64,000 bases of DNA from an uncultured Verrucomicrobiae bacterium (lineage in GTDB: Bacteria; Verrucomicrobiota; Verrucomicrobiia; Limisphaerales; Palsa-1400), in NCBI GenBank assembly GCA_963764165.1, contig CAVXRD010000001.1, positions 640,001 to 704,000 of the forward strand, written 5' to 3'. Position 1 is the stretch's first letter; each line of letters opens with the position of its first letter. The notes beneath the pieces were generated by a model. It was given only the letters and a program-made list of their open reading frames with translations. It searched no databases and was not told the origin of the DNA. Positions 9,461-19,448 of this stretch are shown here, in pieces. Position numbers and translations under genes: made by a program.

Positions 9461-10710
9461 GTTTTGGCCGCGAGCCGCTCGCCGCGAACCCATTTGCCAT
9501 CAATCATCGACGCCGCCACTGCGCCTGTATGATTGACAACCGCGGACCACGCATCCTCCATTTTGCCCTCGTGCGGAAGGGCGATGAGATCGGCGAGGCC
9601 GTGCTCGAAAAGTCCGCCGATTTGCTTTTCGCGCCCCAGCGCGCGCGCCCCGTTTCGTGTGGCCATGCGGACGATGGCTTCGGGCGAGACGTCCGGGTTC
9701 GCTTTTGAAAATGTCCTCATCTCGGCAAACATATTCAATTCCGGCTTGGCCCGGCGAGGCGTCAGAACACTGGCCAAACTATCGGTGCCGAGGCAGACGT
9801 TGACGCCAGCCGCGTGAAGTTTCTGGTAAGGAAACGCCGCGTGGCCAAAATAGAGATGGCTGCGCGGGCAATGAACAACGCTGGAACCCGAATCGCCCAA
9901 TGACACAATATCCGCGTCCTCGAGATAATTCGCGTGGACGGCCAAAAAATTCCTCCCCAGCAGCCTATGACGGCGCGCTTCCTCAACCGGCGTTTTCCCC
10001 CGGCAATCCGACATGTCGCGCTGGCGTTTGAGCCAGTCAAACATAGGCCCGCTTTGCTTGGTGTACATTTCCTGCTCGGCGCTTGATTCGGCCAGGTGCA
10101 TCGCCACCCGCAAATGGCGCTTCTTCGCGAGGGCGGCCGTTTGGCGAAGCAACAGGGGATTTGTCGAGTAAAGGGCATGGGGCGAAAATCCGGCGGAACA
10201 TCTCGGCGATGCGAGGCTTTTTATTTTCCCGGCGGCTTCGCGCAAAATCTCCGCCGGTTTGCGGCCGCTTCGGACGCCCGTCATTTCGAGGAAGGAGAAA
10301 ACCCGCAGCGAAGTTGATGACCACACTTCCGGCAGCAATTCGGGAACAGCTTCGATGTCCGCCACCGTCGTGCAACCGGTGCGTTCGAGCATCTTTGCCC
10401 CGCGCAGCCATGCTTCGGCGTAATCTGAGTAGCTGGCGGCTGCCTTGAGCGCCAGCAAGCCCTTGATCCAATCGGGAAACTGCTTTTGCGGCGGCATCCC
10501 GGTCATATTGGTGTAATCCAGATGGCAGTGGGCGTTCACCAATCCCGGCATCAGCACCATCGCGCCCAAATCCACTGAAGGTCCGCTTGATTGAGCCGTC
10601 AAGTCCCGCCATGCGCCGACCCCCGCGATGCGATTTTGGGAGACGAGAACTGCCCCGTTTTCAATGGGGGGTGAATTGATGGGCAGAACGACTCGCGCGC
10701 GAATCAGCAT
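9457..10710 (-). CDS. Metal-dependent amidohydrolase (nucleoside deaminase subgroup; substrate unresolved)
   Basis: PGLVNAHCHLD, PHALYS, HLAES, LGTDSLAS. Confidence 0.8.
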   Translation of the reverse strand: MLIRARVVLPINSPPIENGAVLVSQNRIAGVGAWRDLTAQSSGPSVDLGAMVLMPGLVNAHCHLDYTNMTGMPPQKQFPDWIKGLLALKAAASYSDYAEAWLRGAKMLERTGCTTVADIEAVPELLPEVWSSTSLRVFSFLEMTGVRSGRKPAEILREAAGKIKSLASPRCSAGFSPHALYSTNPLLLRQTAALAKKRHLRVAMHLAESSAEQEMYTKQSGPMFDWLKRQRDMSDCRGKTPVEEARRHRLLGRNFLAVHANYLEDADIVSLGDSGSSVVHCPRSHLYFGHAAFPYQKLHAAGVNVCLGTDSLASVLTPRRAKPELNMFAEMRTFSKANPDVSPEAIVRMATRNGARALGREKQIGGLFEHGLADLIALPHEGKMEDAWSAVVNHTGAVAASMIDGKWVRGERLAAKT

Positions 10711-10746
10711 GAAGGGGGAAGCGCCTGTCAACCGGTTTCGGGCCGG

Positions 10747-11100
10747 CTAGACTTCAATTCCCTGCCGTCCTTCCTTGCCGCGCGTCCCCAACGCATGCTT
10801 GCGCGCCTTTGTTTTGCTGTGGCGCTTGCGCAACTGCTGTTCGACTTTTTTTGTCACCATATCGATGGCCGCGTACATGTCACTTTTATTGTCCTCGGCA
10901 AAAAGATCCGGTCCCGGCACCGACAGGCGGATGGAGCAGTTAAACTGCCGTTCCGGTTTTTTGAGGTGGTTGTGCTCCAGGATGACTCGCGCGCTCGTGC
11001 AATACTGGTCCAGGTGCTCTAGTTTTTCGAGGCGGGAGAGGATGTGATCTTCAATTGATTTAGTTAGCGTGACATTATGCGTACTAAGAATGAATTTCAT
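10747..11100 (-). CDS. hpf: Ribosome hibernation factor (HPF/RaiA)
   Basis: DMYAAIDMVTKKVEQQLRK; start at MKFILSTHNV. Confidence 0.88.
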   Translation of the reverse strand: MKFILSTHNVTLTKSIEDHILSRLEKLEHLDQYCTSARVILEHNHLKKPERQFNCSIRLSVPGPDLFAEDNKSDMYAAIDMVTKKVEQQLRKRHSKTKARKHALGTRGKEGRQGIEV

Positions 11101-11196
11101 ACAATTCAACATGCGCCACCTTTTCACCAAAATCCAATTATTTTGAAAATCGCAAATTTCTTTCCCGTGGCGGAGTTCTGGGGTTAAATCCGCAGC

Positions 11197-11970
11197 GTGC
11201 CGAGCAAAGTCATATCCGTGGCCAACCAGAAAGGCGGAGTTGGGAAAACGACGACGTCGATCAACATGTCCGCCTGCATGGCGCAATTGGGAAAACGCGT
11301 TTTGCTGGTGGACATCGATCCGCAAGCCAACGCCACCAGCGGCCTGGGCCTGGAAAAAACCGAGGGCGCGAGCGCTTACCGCCCGCTTCTCGGCGAAGGC
11401 GCTTTGGTTGACAAAATTTGCAAAACGGCTTTCGAGCGCCTGGACCTCATCCCAGGCGAAGTGGACATGTGCGGGGCCGAGGTGGAAATCGCGCGGGCCG
11501 AAAATCATCTGCACCGTTTATCCGCGCTGCTCAAACCCATCGTGGATGGCGGGCAGTATGACTTCATCGTGATTGATTGCGCGCCGTCGCTCGGGATTCT
11601 TACGCTGAACGCTTTCGCCGCTTCGGACTATCTCCTAATCCCTTTGCAGTGCGAATACTACGCGCTGGAAGGCATTTCCATGAGCCACAAGGTGCTGGGC
11701 CAGGTGCAGAGCACCGGGATTAACCCGCGCCTGCAGTTGCTGGGCGTGCTAATGACGATGTTCGATGGGCGGACGCGCCTTTCGGCCCAGGTGCTGGGCG
11801 AGGTTCGCCAGCATTTCCCGGACAAAGTATTTGACACGGTGATTCCGCGCGCCACCCGCCTTGCCGAAGCGCCGAGTTTTGGCAAGCCCATCATTCACTA
11901 CGACAAAAACAGCGCCGCCTCCGCCGCCTACGAAGCTTTCACGGGCGAAGTCCTCAAACGCATCAAGTAA
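11197..11970 (+). CDS. ParA/Soj family ATPase
   Basis: NQKGGVGKTT, DIDPQANAT, IPLQCEYYALEG, LAEAPSFGKP. Confidence 0.93.
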   Translation: MPSKVISVANQKGGVGKTTTSINMSACMAQLGKRVLLVDIDPQANATSGLGLEKTEGASAYRPLLGEGALVDKICKTAFERLDLIPGEVDMCGAEVEIARAENHLHRLSALLKPIVDGGQYDFIVIDCAPSLGILTLNAFAASDYLLIPLQCEYYALEGISMSHKVLGQVQSTGINPRLQLLGVLMTMFDGRTRLSAQVLGEVRQHFPDKVFDTVIPRATRLAEAPSFGKPIIHYDKNSAASAAYEAFTGEVLKRIK

Positions 11971-11974
11971 AGCC

Positions 11975-14407
11975 ATGAAAAAATACCTCTCCATTACATT
12001 TGCAGCAGCCGCCGGAATTGGCTCGCTGAACATCAGCGCCATCGCCCAAGGCGGCGGATGGCCGGACGCAGTCAGCAAAGCGCTGGAAGCAAGCGGCACG
12101 AATCGCCCGGCGATTGAAAAAGTGCTGGGGAAAGCGCCAGCCAGTGAACGCCCGGCGGTCGAGTTCCTCATCGCAAACATGCCAGAGCGCGATTTGCAAA
12201 CGCTGTCGGCGGATTACATTTTGGAAGACGTCCAGTGGGCCTCGGATGCCTTTAACGTGGCACCCTGGCACGGGCAAATTCCGACCGAGATTTTCCTCAA
12301 TGACGTTCTGCCCTACAGTTGCGCAAACGAAACCCGCGATCATTGGCGGCAAAAGCTGCACGATTTGAGCGCGCCGCTGGTAGCCGATTGCAAGACTCCG
12401 GGCGAAGCGGCGCTGCGCATCAACGCGAAACTTTTCCCGATGGTCAACGTCAAGTATTCGACCAAGCGCAAACGGGCGGATCAAAGCGCGCTGGAAACGA
12501 TGGACAGCGGGCTGGCCAGCTGCACGGGGCTATCGATTTTGCTGATTGACGCCTGCCGGTCGGTGGGCGTCCCGGCGCGATTGGTTGGCACGCCGATGTG
12601 GGCGGATAATCGCGGCAATCACACCTGGGTGGAAGTTTGGGACAACGGCTGGCATTTTATCGGCGCGGCCGAACCCGACCCCAAAGGGCTCGATCACGCA
12701 TGGTTCGAACACGACGCGGCGCAAGCAATCAAGAGTTCCTCCGAGCACGCGATTTACGCGGCAAGCTATCAAAAAACCGGCCTGAGTTTTCCGATGGATT
12801 GGGCGCCTGGCGTGAATTGGGTCAGCGCCGAGAACGTCACGGACAATTACACTCCCTCCGGCTCAAAAGAGGCCGAGCCGAACAAAATGCGCTTGCTGGT
12901 GGATGTGCTCGATCAAATCGCGGGCAAGCGTGTGGTGGCGAAGGTCAATGTGACATGCATCACCAACAGCGCCGTTCACTTTGAAGGCATGAGCACCAGC
13001 GAGACCGCGGACAAGAACAACGTCCTTCCCTTCCAGGTTCCGCGCGGAATGACCTATTTAATAACCGCAGAGGCAAATGGCCAAAAGGCGGGGCGCGAAT
13101 TTATTTCAGGCGGCACAAACGCCCAGGCCGTTGTCGTGATCTCGATGAGCGACACGACTCTGTTCCAATATCCGTCACAAATGTGCAAGGCGCCTGCGCC
13201 ACCAGAACTGATCCCTGCCGCCGATGAAACGAAATTGCGCGAGGCATTCTCCGCGTATTTTGCGGCATCACCGGACAAGCAGGCCGCGTGGAAATTTTCG
13301 CGCGGCGAGGAAAAAATGCTGCGCGAGCACGAAGCGCCAGTCCGCCAGATCGCGTGGGAAGCCTACAAATCCGCTCCAATTCATGACGCGGCGAAGAAAG
13401 ATTACGACGCGCACGAGGTTCGTTTCGACAAATACGTCAGCCCTTACACGATCAAGACGGTCGGCGCGCGCCCAGCCGCTGGCTGGCCCCTCTTCATCGC
13501 CATGCACGGTGGCGGCGGCACAGCCAAGGAGGTCAACGACAGCCAGTGGAAAATCATGCAGATTTACTACAAGGATCATCCTGAAGTCGGTGGATATAAA
13601 TATCTCGCCCTGCGCGCGCCGAACGACTCTTGGAATGGTTTTTACGATGATTACGTTTATCCGCTGATTGATAATCTCATCCGCGAATTCACGCTGTTTG
13701 GCGATGTCAATCCCAACAAGGTTTACATCATGGGCTACTCGCATGGCGGTTACGGCGCGTTCGCCATCGGCCCGAAGGAACCCGATTTATTCGCGGCGAT
13801 CCACGCCAGCGCAGGCGCTCCAACCGACGGCGAAACGACAGCCAAAACTCTCCGCAGCACCGTTTTCACTTGCATGGTTGGCGAACTGGATACCGCTTAC
13901 GGGCGCATCGACCGCGACAAGAAATTCCGCGAAACGGTGAGGGAATTGCGCGGAGACCGCACGGACATTTACCCGGTAAACGTGCAAATCATCCCCGGCA
14001 ACGGCCACACCGGCCTCCCCGACCGCGACGAAATTCTCGAGATGTATCCGGCCGTCCGCAGCACCACGCCGCGCGAGGTGACGTGGCTTATGACAGACGG
14101 CGTGATCAAGGACTTTTTCTGGCTCCACGCCGACGCGCCCGCCAAGCAAAAGGAAATCGACGCCACCTGCAACGACAACCACATCGTCGTTACCACCACC
14201 GCCAATGCCGGCCCGGCCAAAGTGTTTCTTGACAGCCGATTGGTCGATTTCCAAAAACCAATCATCCTGGAAGTGAATGGCAAATCGTCGAAGTTAAAAA
14301 TTCAGCCCAGCTTGCGCACGATGTGCCAGCGGCTCATTGAGCGCGGCGATCCTTCGCTCGCCTTCACCGCAGAAGTTCCACTGGCGCAAAGCACCGCTTC
14401 CAAATGA
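11975..14407 (+). CDS. Secreted transglutaminase-like domain plus alpha/beta-hydrolase fusion protein
   Basis: Signal peptide; ASCTGLSILL...GVPARLV...NHTWVEVWD; C-terminal MHGGG and GYSHGG nucleophile elbow. Confidence 0.7.
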   Translation: MKKYLSITFAAAAGIGSLNISAIAQGGGWPDAVSKALEASGTNRPAIEKVLGKAPASERPAVEFLIANMPERDLQTLSADYILEDVQWASDAFNVAPWHGQIPTEIFLNDVLPYSCANETRDHWRQKLHDLSAPLVADCKTPGEAALRINAKLFPMVNVKYSTKRKRADQSALETMDSGLASCTGLSILLIDACRSVGVPARLVGTPMWADNRGNHTWVEVWDNGWHFIGAAEPDPKGLDHAWFEHDAAQAIKSSSEHAIYAASYQKTGLSFPMDWAPGVNWVSAENVTDNYTPSGSKEAEPNKMRLLVDVLDQIAGKRVVAKVNVTCITNSAVHFEGMSTSETADKNNVLPFQVPRGMTYLITAEANGQKAGREFISGGTNAQAVVVISMSDTTLFQYPSQMCKAPAPPELIPAADETKLREAFSAYFAASPDKQAAWKFSRGEEKMLREHEAPVRQIAWEAYKSAPIHDAAKKDYDAHEVRFDKYVSPYTIKTVGARPAAGWPLFIAMHGGGGTAKEVNDSQWKIMQIYYKDHPEVGGYKYLALRAPNDSWNGFYDDYVYPLIDNLIREFTLFGDVNPNKVYIMGYSHGGYGAFAIGPKEPDLFAAIHASAGAPTDGETTAKTLRSTVFTCMVGELDTAYGRIDRDKKFRETVRELRGDRTDIYPVNVQIIPGNGHTGLPDRDEILEMYPAVRSTTPREVTWLMTDGVIKDFFWLHADAPAKQKEIDATCNDNHIVVTTTANAGPAKVFLDSRLVDFQKPIILEVNGKSSKLKIQPSLRTMCQRLIERGDPSLAFTAEVPLAQSTASK

Positions 14408-15300
14408 AAAGCTTAATCCCCTGGTCTCTCGGCTTGGCTCTTCTCACGCTCGGCATAGCGCGGGCGGAGGATTGGAAGTTCCCCGTTCCCAAGAGTGAAA
14501 TTGCCCGTTACACGGCCTATCACATCAGCGAGCCAATCACGATCGATGGCATATTGGACGAGGATGCGTGGAAGAAAGCTCCGCGCTCGAGCAGATTTGT
14601 GGACATTATTTCCGGAAAGCCAGCCTTGCATGACACACGCGCGCAATTGGTTTGGGACGACAAGTATTTGTACGTTGCCTACAAAATCGAGGAGCCGTTC
14701 GTCCACGCCAAATTTACGACGAACAACTCGCCGATTTATTACGACAATGACGCGGAGATGTTCATCGCCGGCCGCGATTCGTATTACGAATTGGAAATGA
14801 ACGCCTACAACACGACCTACGAGGTGTTTTTCATTTGGGACGACGCCTATAAAAATGGATTCGCGCAAGCTCCCGAATTTGCGCGCGCCAACATGGTGCC
14901 GTTCAACGGTGTCGATTATACGAATCACCCGCGCGGCGGGCGGCTCGGAAATTTCAACTGGCATTTCCCCGGCAAGAAAACCGCCGTCCACATTGATGGC
15001 ACTGTCAATAAAGATGACGACCGCGATCGCGGTTGGACCATCGAGCTCGCGTTTCCCTGGGGAGGCATGAAATGGCTGGCGCAGGCGGATGGTCGCGCGC
15101 TGCCGCCGAAGGACGGCGACACTTGGCGGATGGATTTCTCGCGATTCAATACTTACAAGGAAGCGCCACCGGCCAAGGATTCCGGCGGCTGGGTCTGGAC
15201 GCGCCACGGGGTCTGGGATTCGCACATTCCAGAGTGCTTTGCCTACATTAGCTTTTCGACGAATGACGTCAGCGCGGCGAAACCGGCGGAGTCGAAATAG
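14404..15300 (+). CDS. Secreted CBM9/DOMON-like carbohydrate-binding protein
   Basis: Signal peptide; ITIDGILDEDAWKKA, WDDKYLYVA, WTIELAFPW, WRMDFSR. Confidence 0.8.
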   Translation: MKSLIPWSLGLALLTLGIARAEDWKFPVPKSEIARYTAYHISEPITIDGILDEDAWKKAPRSSRFVDIISGKPALHDTRAQLVWDDKYLYVAYKIEEPFVHAKFTTNNSPIYYDNDAEMFIAGRDSYYELEMNAYNTTYEVFFIWDDAYKNGFAQAPEFARANMVPFNGVDYTNHPRGGRLGNFNWHFPGKKTAVHIDGTVNKDDDRDRGWTIELAFPWGGMKWLAQADGRALPPKDGDTWRMDFSRFNTYKEAPPAKDSGGWVWTRHGVWDSHIPECFAYISFSTNDVSAAKPAESK

Positions 15301-16387
15301 CGGCCAGCGCGGCCCGGACAACTTCCTCCGGGCCGATGCCGCGCAGGCATCGCATATCAATTGGGCACACGGGCAGAAAACAGGGGGCGCATGGAGCGTT
15401 GCCCCGCGCAATTTGGGCCTGTGGCGAAAAGATTGGCCCTGTTAATTCCGGGGAGGTGCTCCCAAAAACCGCCACCATCGGAGCCCCGACGGCAGCCGCG
15501 AGGTGCATGGGCCCCGTGTCATTCGTCAACACGAAATCACAAATTTTCAGGGCGCAGGCCAGTTCTCGAAGGCTCGTCTTTCCGGCCAAATTTACAGGCG
15601 CTTCCGCGCTCCCAGCTCCAATCTCCTTGGCGATGGATTCCGCCAAAGCAAGATCACCCTGTCCGCCAAAAATGACCCAGCGGCATCGCGTTTCTTTCTG
15701 CAGCAGGCGCGCTGCTTCAACAAAACCCTCCGGCGGCCAGCGTTTGGCGGGTCCATATTCCGCTCCGGGGTTCAATCCAAACCACGCACGGGCCGAATCG
15801 CGCTTTAAACTGAATTTATTGCGGACTCCTTCCGCCTCACCTTCGGAAACGTCGATTCGCGGAGCCATTGGTTCCGAGGAGGCGCCCAAAGCGGCAACCA
15901 AGTGGAGGTAATGGTGGACGTGATGCGCCGTCGAGGAAAAAACCGTCCTTTCGCCACCGGACTGAATGCGCTTCTGTATTTCCCCCACGGTGCGTTTCCG
16001 CATTTTGACCGAGCGGGGTCGCGGCGGCACGGTCTCTGTCAAAAGGAAAAAACTGCCCGGACGCTTCACCCCAATGCGCCGCGGAATTCCGGCAAACGAA
16101 AGCTCCGCCGCCGAGCGGATCGAATTTGGGAACGCCAGCGCTGCTGTAAATTGTTTCGCCTTCAGCCGCCGGGCGATTTGAAACGGGCTTTCGCCAGGAA
16201 AGAATGTCAGAACTTCATCAAGCATCCGCTGGCCATGCCAAAGTCCCGCGAGTTTCTCATGCGTCAGAATGGAAATGCGCGCCGCCGGATGAGCCTCGCG
16301 CAAACGAATCAAGGCCGGGATGCTCATGACGGCGTCGCCCAGCCAGTTGACGCCGCGGACGAGGATGTTCTCGGTCGGGGCGCCCAT
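15269..16387 (-). CDS. waaF: Lipopolysaccharide heptosyltransferase II (GT9)
   Basis: NWLGDAVMS, NPGAEYGPAKRWP, TNDTGPMHLAAA. Confidence 0.9.
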   Translation of the reverse strand: MGAPTENILVRGVNWLGDAVMSIPALIRLREAHPAARISILTHEKLAGLWHGQRMLDEVLTFFPGESPFQIARRLKAKQFTAALAFPNSIRSAAELSFAGIPRRIGVKRPGSFFLLTETVPPRPRSVKMRKRTVGEIQKRIQSGGERTVFSSTAHHVHHYLHLVAALGASSEPMAPRIDVSEGEAEGVRNKFSLKRDSARAWFGLNPGAEYGPAKRWPPEGFVEAARLLQKETRCRWVIFGGQGDLALAESIAKEIGAGSAEAPVNLAGKTSLRELACALKICDFVLTNDTGPMHLAAAVGAPMVAVFGSTSPELTGPIFSPQAQIARGNAPCAPCFLPVCPIDMRCLRGIGPEEVVRAALAAISTPPVSPR

Positions 16388-16388
16388 G

Positions 16389-17552
16389 TCAGCGAAGGCA
16401 GATTTTGCGGACGCAGTCGTCGAAATCTTCCGCGCCGCTAAGGATTTTTATTTCCACGCGCATAAAATAAATCGGCAGATCGCGGCGATCTAATTTCGGG
16501 AAGCGCACGGCGTCCTTTTGCGTTGTGATGATGACATCGGCCTGCCGCTTCTTGCTGCGATTGATGGCGTTGAGAATTTCCTGCTGGGTGAAGCGATGGT
16601 GGTCGGCGAAACGCTTGGAATAAACGAGTTCGCGGCACAATTTCACAAGGCTCTGCTCGAAACTCTCCGGCTGGGCGATGCCGCTCAGGCTGGCCACGCG
16701 CAGGTTTTTCATGAAATCCAGCCCTTTGCGCTCGCCGGTGAAAACGTCCTCAAAGTAAAGAGGCGCATGAATGCACTCGATAATGCCGGCGGTCGGATTG
16801 TAGCGGGTGATGCGCTCGCGCAATTCCTTCGTCTTGCCATCGCTCTTGGTGATGAACACGACCGCCGCGCGGCTCAGGTGCGACGGCGGTTCGCGGAGCG
16901 TCCCGCGCGGGAATAGATGCTCGTTGCCGAACGGCTGCTGGCAGTCAACAAGAACAACATCCTGCCGCCGCCCAGCCAGGCGCCAATATTGAAATCCATC
17001 GTCCAGCAGCAGTGTATCGCAGCCAAAATGCTCAATGGCGTAGCGACCGCTTTTCACCCGGTTTTTGTCCACCAGAACGACGACATCTTTTAGGTTTGAC
17101 GCCAGCATGTAAGGCTCGTCACCAGCGGTTTCGGAATCGAGCAGCAGGCTTTTGCCATCGGAGACAATGCGCGGGGGGGTGGTATCCTCGCGCAGCAGAA
17201 ATTTATCCAGAAGCGTTTCCGCGACAGGTTTTGGCCGCGACCGGTAGCCGCGCGTAAGGATGGCGACTTTGCGCCCCTGTTTCTGCAATTCGCGGGCAAA
17301 TTTCTCGACCACCGGAGTCTTGCCGGTGCCCCCAAGCGTTAGATTGCCAATGGCAATCACCTGAATGCCAAGAGTTGAATCCCGCATCAAACGCACCTTG
17401 ATGCAGAAACGATGAATCGCCACCAGCAACTGGTAAAATTTAGAAAGAACGAACAAACCGGACCGAACAAAAGCAGGGAACTTCCCGCGCCGTTGCTCAA
17501 AGATGATTTCCAGATACGGCGTTTCGATAGATTCTAACCAAGCGCGGAACAT
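16389..17552 (-). CDS. lpxK: Tetraacyldisaccharide 4'-kinase
   Basis: [38 protein letters not shown]. Confidence 0.93.
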   Translation of the reverse strand: MFRAWLESIETPYLEIIFEQRRGKFPAFVRSGLFVLSKFYQLLVAIHRFCIKVRLMRDSTLGIQVIAIGNLTLGGTGKTPVVEKFARELQKQGRKVAILTRGYRSRPKPVAETLLDKFLLREDTTPPRIVSDGKSLLLDSETAGDEPYMLASNLKDVVVLVDKNRVKSGRYAIEHFGCDTLLLDDGFQYWRLAGRRQDVVLVDCQQPFGNEHLFPRGTLREPPSHLSRAAVVFITKSDGKTKELRERITRYNPTAGIIECIHAPLYFEDVFTGERKGLDFMKNLRVASLSGIAQPESFEQSLVKLCRELVYSKRFADHHRFTQQEILNAINRSKKRQADVIITTQKDAVRFPKLDRRDLPIYFMRVEIKILSGAEDFDDCVRKICLR

Positions 17553-17738
17553 ATTCCGCCCCAAGTCTGCACATTGCAGCGCGTTGCCGCAAGCGGCAGT
17601 GCATTGTTTGTTACTATTTTCTTCGTTTACTTTGTTATCTTCTGTTCATTTTCGGCTTCGGTTTTCAACTTGTGACGCGCGGGGCGTTGTGCCCAAAATA
17701 ACTGAGCCGGTTTTCAAAAGCCAAAACCGGATTCTGTA

Positions 17739-18158
17739 GTGAAACTCTCAATCAAAAGCGATTACGCAGCCCGCGCCGTCCTCTGGCTTTGCCAGCATCA
17801 ACGTGACGGTGTTGCCCGGACCGTCGAGGAAATGGCTTCGGCCCAGGGAATTCCGCCCAACTATCTAGTCCAAATTCTTATCGAGCTAAAGTCCGCCAAC
17901 ATCGTCAAAAGCCAGCGCGGAAAAGACGGCGGCTACCTGCTCGCCCGGCCGCCGGCGGAGATTACTTTTGGCGACGTCCTCCGCTGCATTCACGGCGAAA
18001 TCTTCGATCCGCCGGGATTAGCGCAGGCCCAAAGCCCGCCGGAATTGCGCCAGGCGTGGGCGCGATTGAAAGATGCGGTCAACCGCGAAGCAGACGCGCT
18101 GACCTTTCAGAAGCTGCTCGAAAACGCGGCCGAGAAGAGCAAAATGTATTATATTTGA
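17739..18158 (+). CDS. Rrf2-family transcriptional regulator
   Basis: IPPNYLVQIL, SQRGKDGGYLLARPPAEIT. Confidence 0.9.
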   Translation: MKLSIKSDYAARAVLWLCQHQRDGVARTVEEMASAQGIPPNYLVQILIELKSANIVKSQRGKDGGYLLARPPAEITFGDVLRCIHGEIFDPPGLAQAQSPPELRQAWARLKDAVNREADALTFQKLLENAAEKSKMYYI

Positions 18159-18242
18159 CGCTCGCAAGTCACTTCGCGCCCGGCTTTTCGTATTTCTTCA
18201 ATTCGCCGTGCGGAGAGATCGTCACGCGGACTACCCAAAGTC

Positions 18243-18376
18243 GTAGCGCAGATTTCCAAACCTGCCAGCCGCAAACTGCAACAGGCCGCTTGCGGACTAC
18301 CGATGCAATCAGTTCCAATTGTGAGGCAAGCGGATTTGGAAATCCGCGATACAGCAGACTTGGAAGTCTGCGCTGC
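18243..18376. repeat. REP-like element, family C (GTAGCGCAGATTTCCAAACCTGC / GCAGACTTGGAAGTCTGCGCTGC)
   Basis: GTAG-led imperfect inverted arms with an extra hairpin GCGGATTTGGAAATCCGC; lies between convergent genes. Confidence 0.7.
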
Positions 18377-18398
18377 AAAACCGAACGCTTGACAGGCC

Positions 18399-19304
18399 TC
18401 AGGCGCCGGGCGCGGGAGTCTCATAGCTTCGGACAAAGGCGTGCACCGGATGCATTTGGCCGCACATGATGCACCGCACCATTTCGAATCGAGTCCCGCA
18501 GCTTGGGCAAACACCGTGGTTGCCGAACATATCGAACGGCTGGCGGCATTTGCCGCATCCCCAGAATTTCCCCATCGGCGGGGCCTCGCCGCAGCTAGGA
18601 CACGCCAACCCCACGTGCCGGCCCGCTTCTTCGATCTTGGCGAATTCCCGAGCGTATTGCAGTCCGCCCCAGCATTGGAACAGCGCGAACACCGCCATCA
18701 TGACCATCCATTGTGACCGAATCGAAAAGAGAAGAAGCACGCCAACGGTGACAAACCCAAGAATCGACGCCACTTTCAAGCTTCGCGCAAAGCCGAGCCA
18801 GTACCAAAGCAGCGATTGCACAATCTTACCGCCATCCAGCGGATAAACCGGCAGCATATTGAAACAGAGAAGACCGATGTCGATGGTCAACGTGTTGGTC
18901 AGCAATTCAATGATCTGCTGATCCGCGCCGGACCTTGCCGACACGAGCGTAGCAACAAATAAAATCGGCGCCAGAAGCACATTCACCAGCGGCCCCGCGG
19001 CGATGCTCCAAAGCATGGCGCCAGGCCGCCACGGCGGACTGACATAGGCCACGCCACCAAGAGGCCACAAGACGATTTCATCCGCTTTTCCCCCGACACT
19101 GCGGCAAGCCAGCGAATGGCCGAATTCGTGCATGAGCACCATTGCGAACAGGAAGAGGCACTGCCAGGCGGCCCAAACATAGGAGCCGCTCGCGCTCCCC
19201 ACGTACGAAGTGAGAAAAAAAGGGACGATGAACCACGACCAATGCAAATAGACATTGATCCCCAAAAATTGGAATAATCGAATCGAGCCTTTGGAGGTCG
19301 GCAT
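18399..19304 (-). CDS. Site-2 protease (M50) with C-terminal zinc-ribbon region
   Basis: HEFGH, AAGPLVN, NMLPVYPLDGG; four CxxC pairs at the C-terminus. Confidence 0.88.
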   Translation of the reverse strand: MPTSKGSIRLFQFLGINVYLHWSWFIVPFFLTSYVGSASGSYVWAAWQCLFLFAMVLMHEFGHSLACRSVGGKADEIVLWPLGGVAYVSPPWRPGAMLWSIAAGPLVNVLLAPILFVATLVSARSGADQQIIELLTNTLTIDIGLLCFNMLPVYPLDGGKIVQSLLWYWLGFARSLKVASILGFVTVGVLLLFSIRSQWMVMMAVFALFQCWGGLQYAREFAKIEEAGRHVGLACPSCGEAPPMGKFWGCGKCRQPFDMFGNHGVCPSCGTRFEMVRCIMCGQMHPVHAFVRSYETPAPGA

Positions 19305-19346
19305 GACAAGTGGACGGTACAGGCAATTCGGAGAATGAGCAAGGTC

Positions 19347-19444
19347 AGGTAGGGACGCCTCGCCGAGGCGTCCGGGGTGTGGCTCTCTACATGCTGTTTC
19401 GACAATTTTCTCGCCTCACCCGGACGCCTCGGCGAGGCGTCCCT
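19347..19444. repeat. Family-A REPIN
   Basis: AGGTAGGGACGCCTCGCCGAGGCGTCCG ... CGGACGCCTCGGCGAGGCGTCCCT. Confidence 0.9.
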
Positions 19445-19448
19445 TTAA

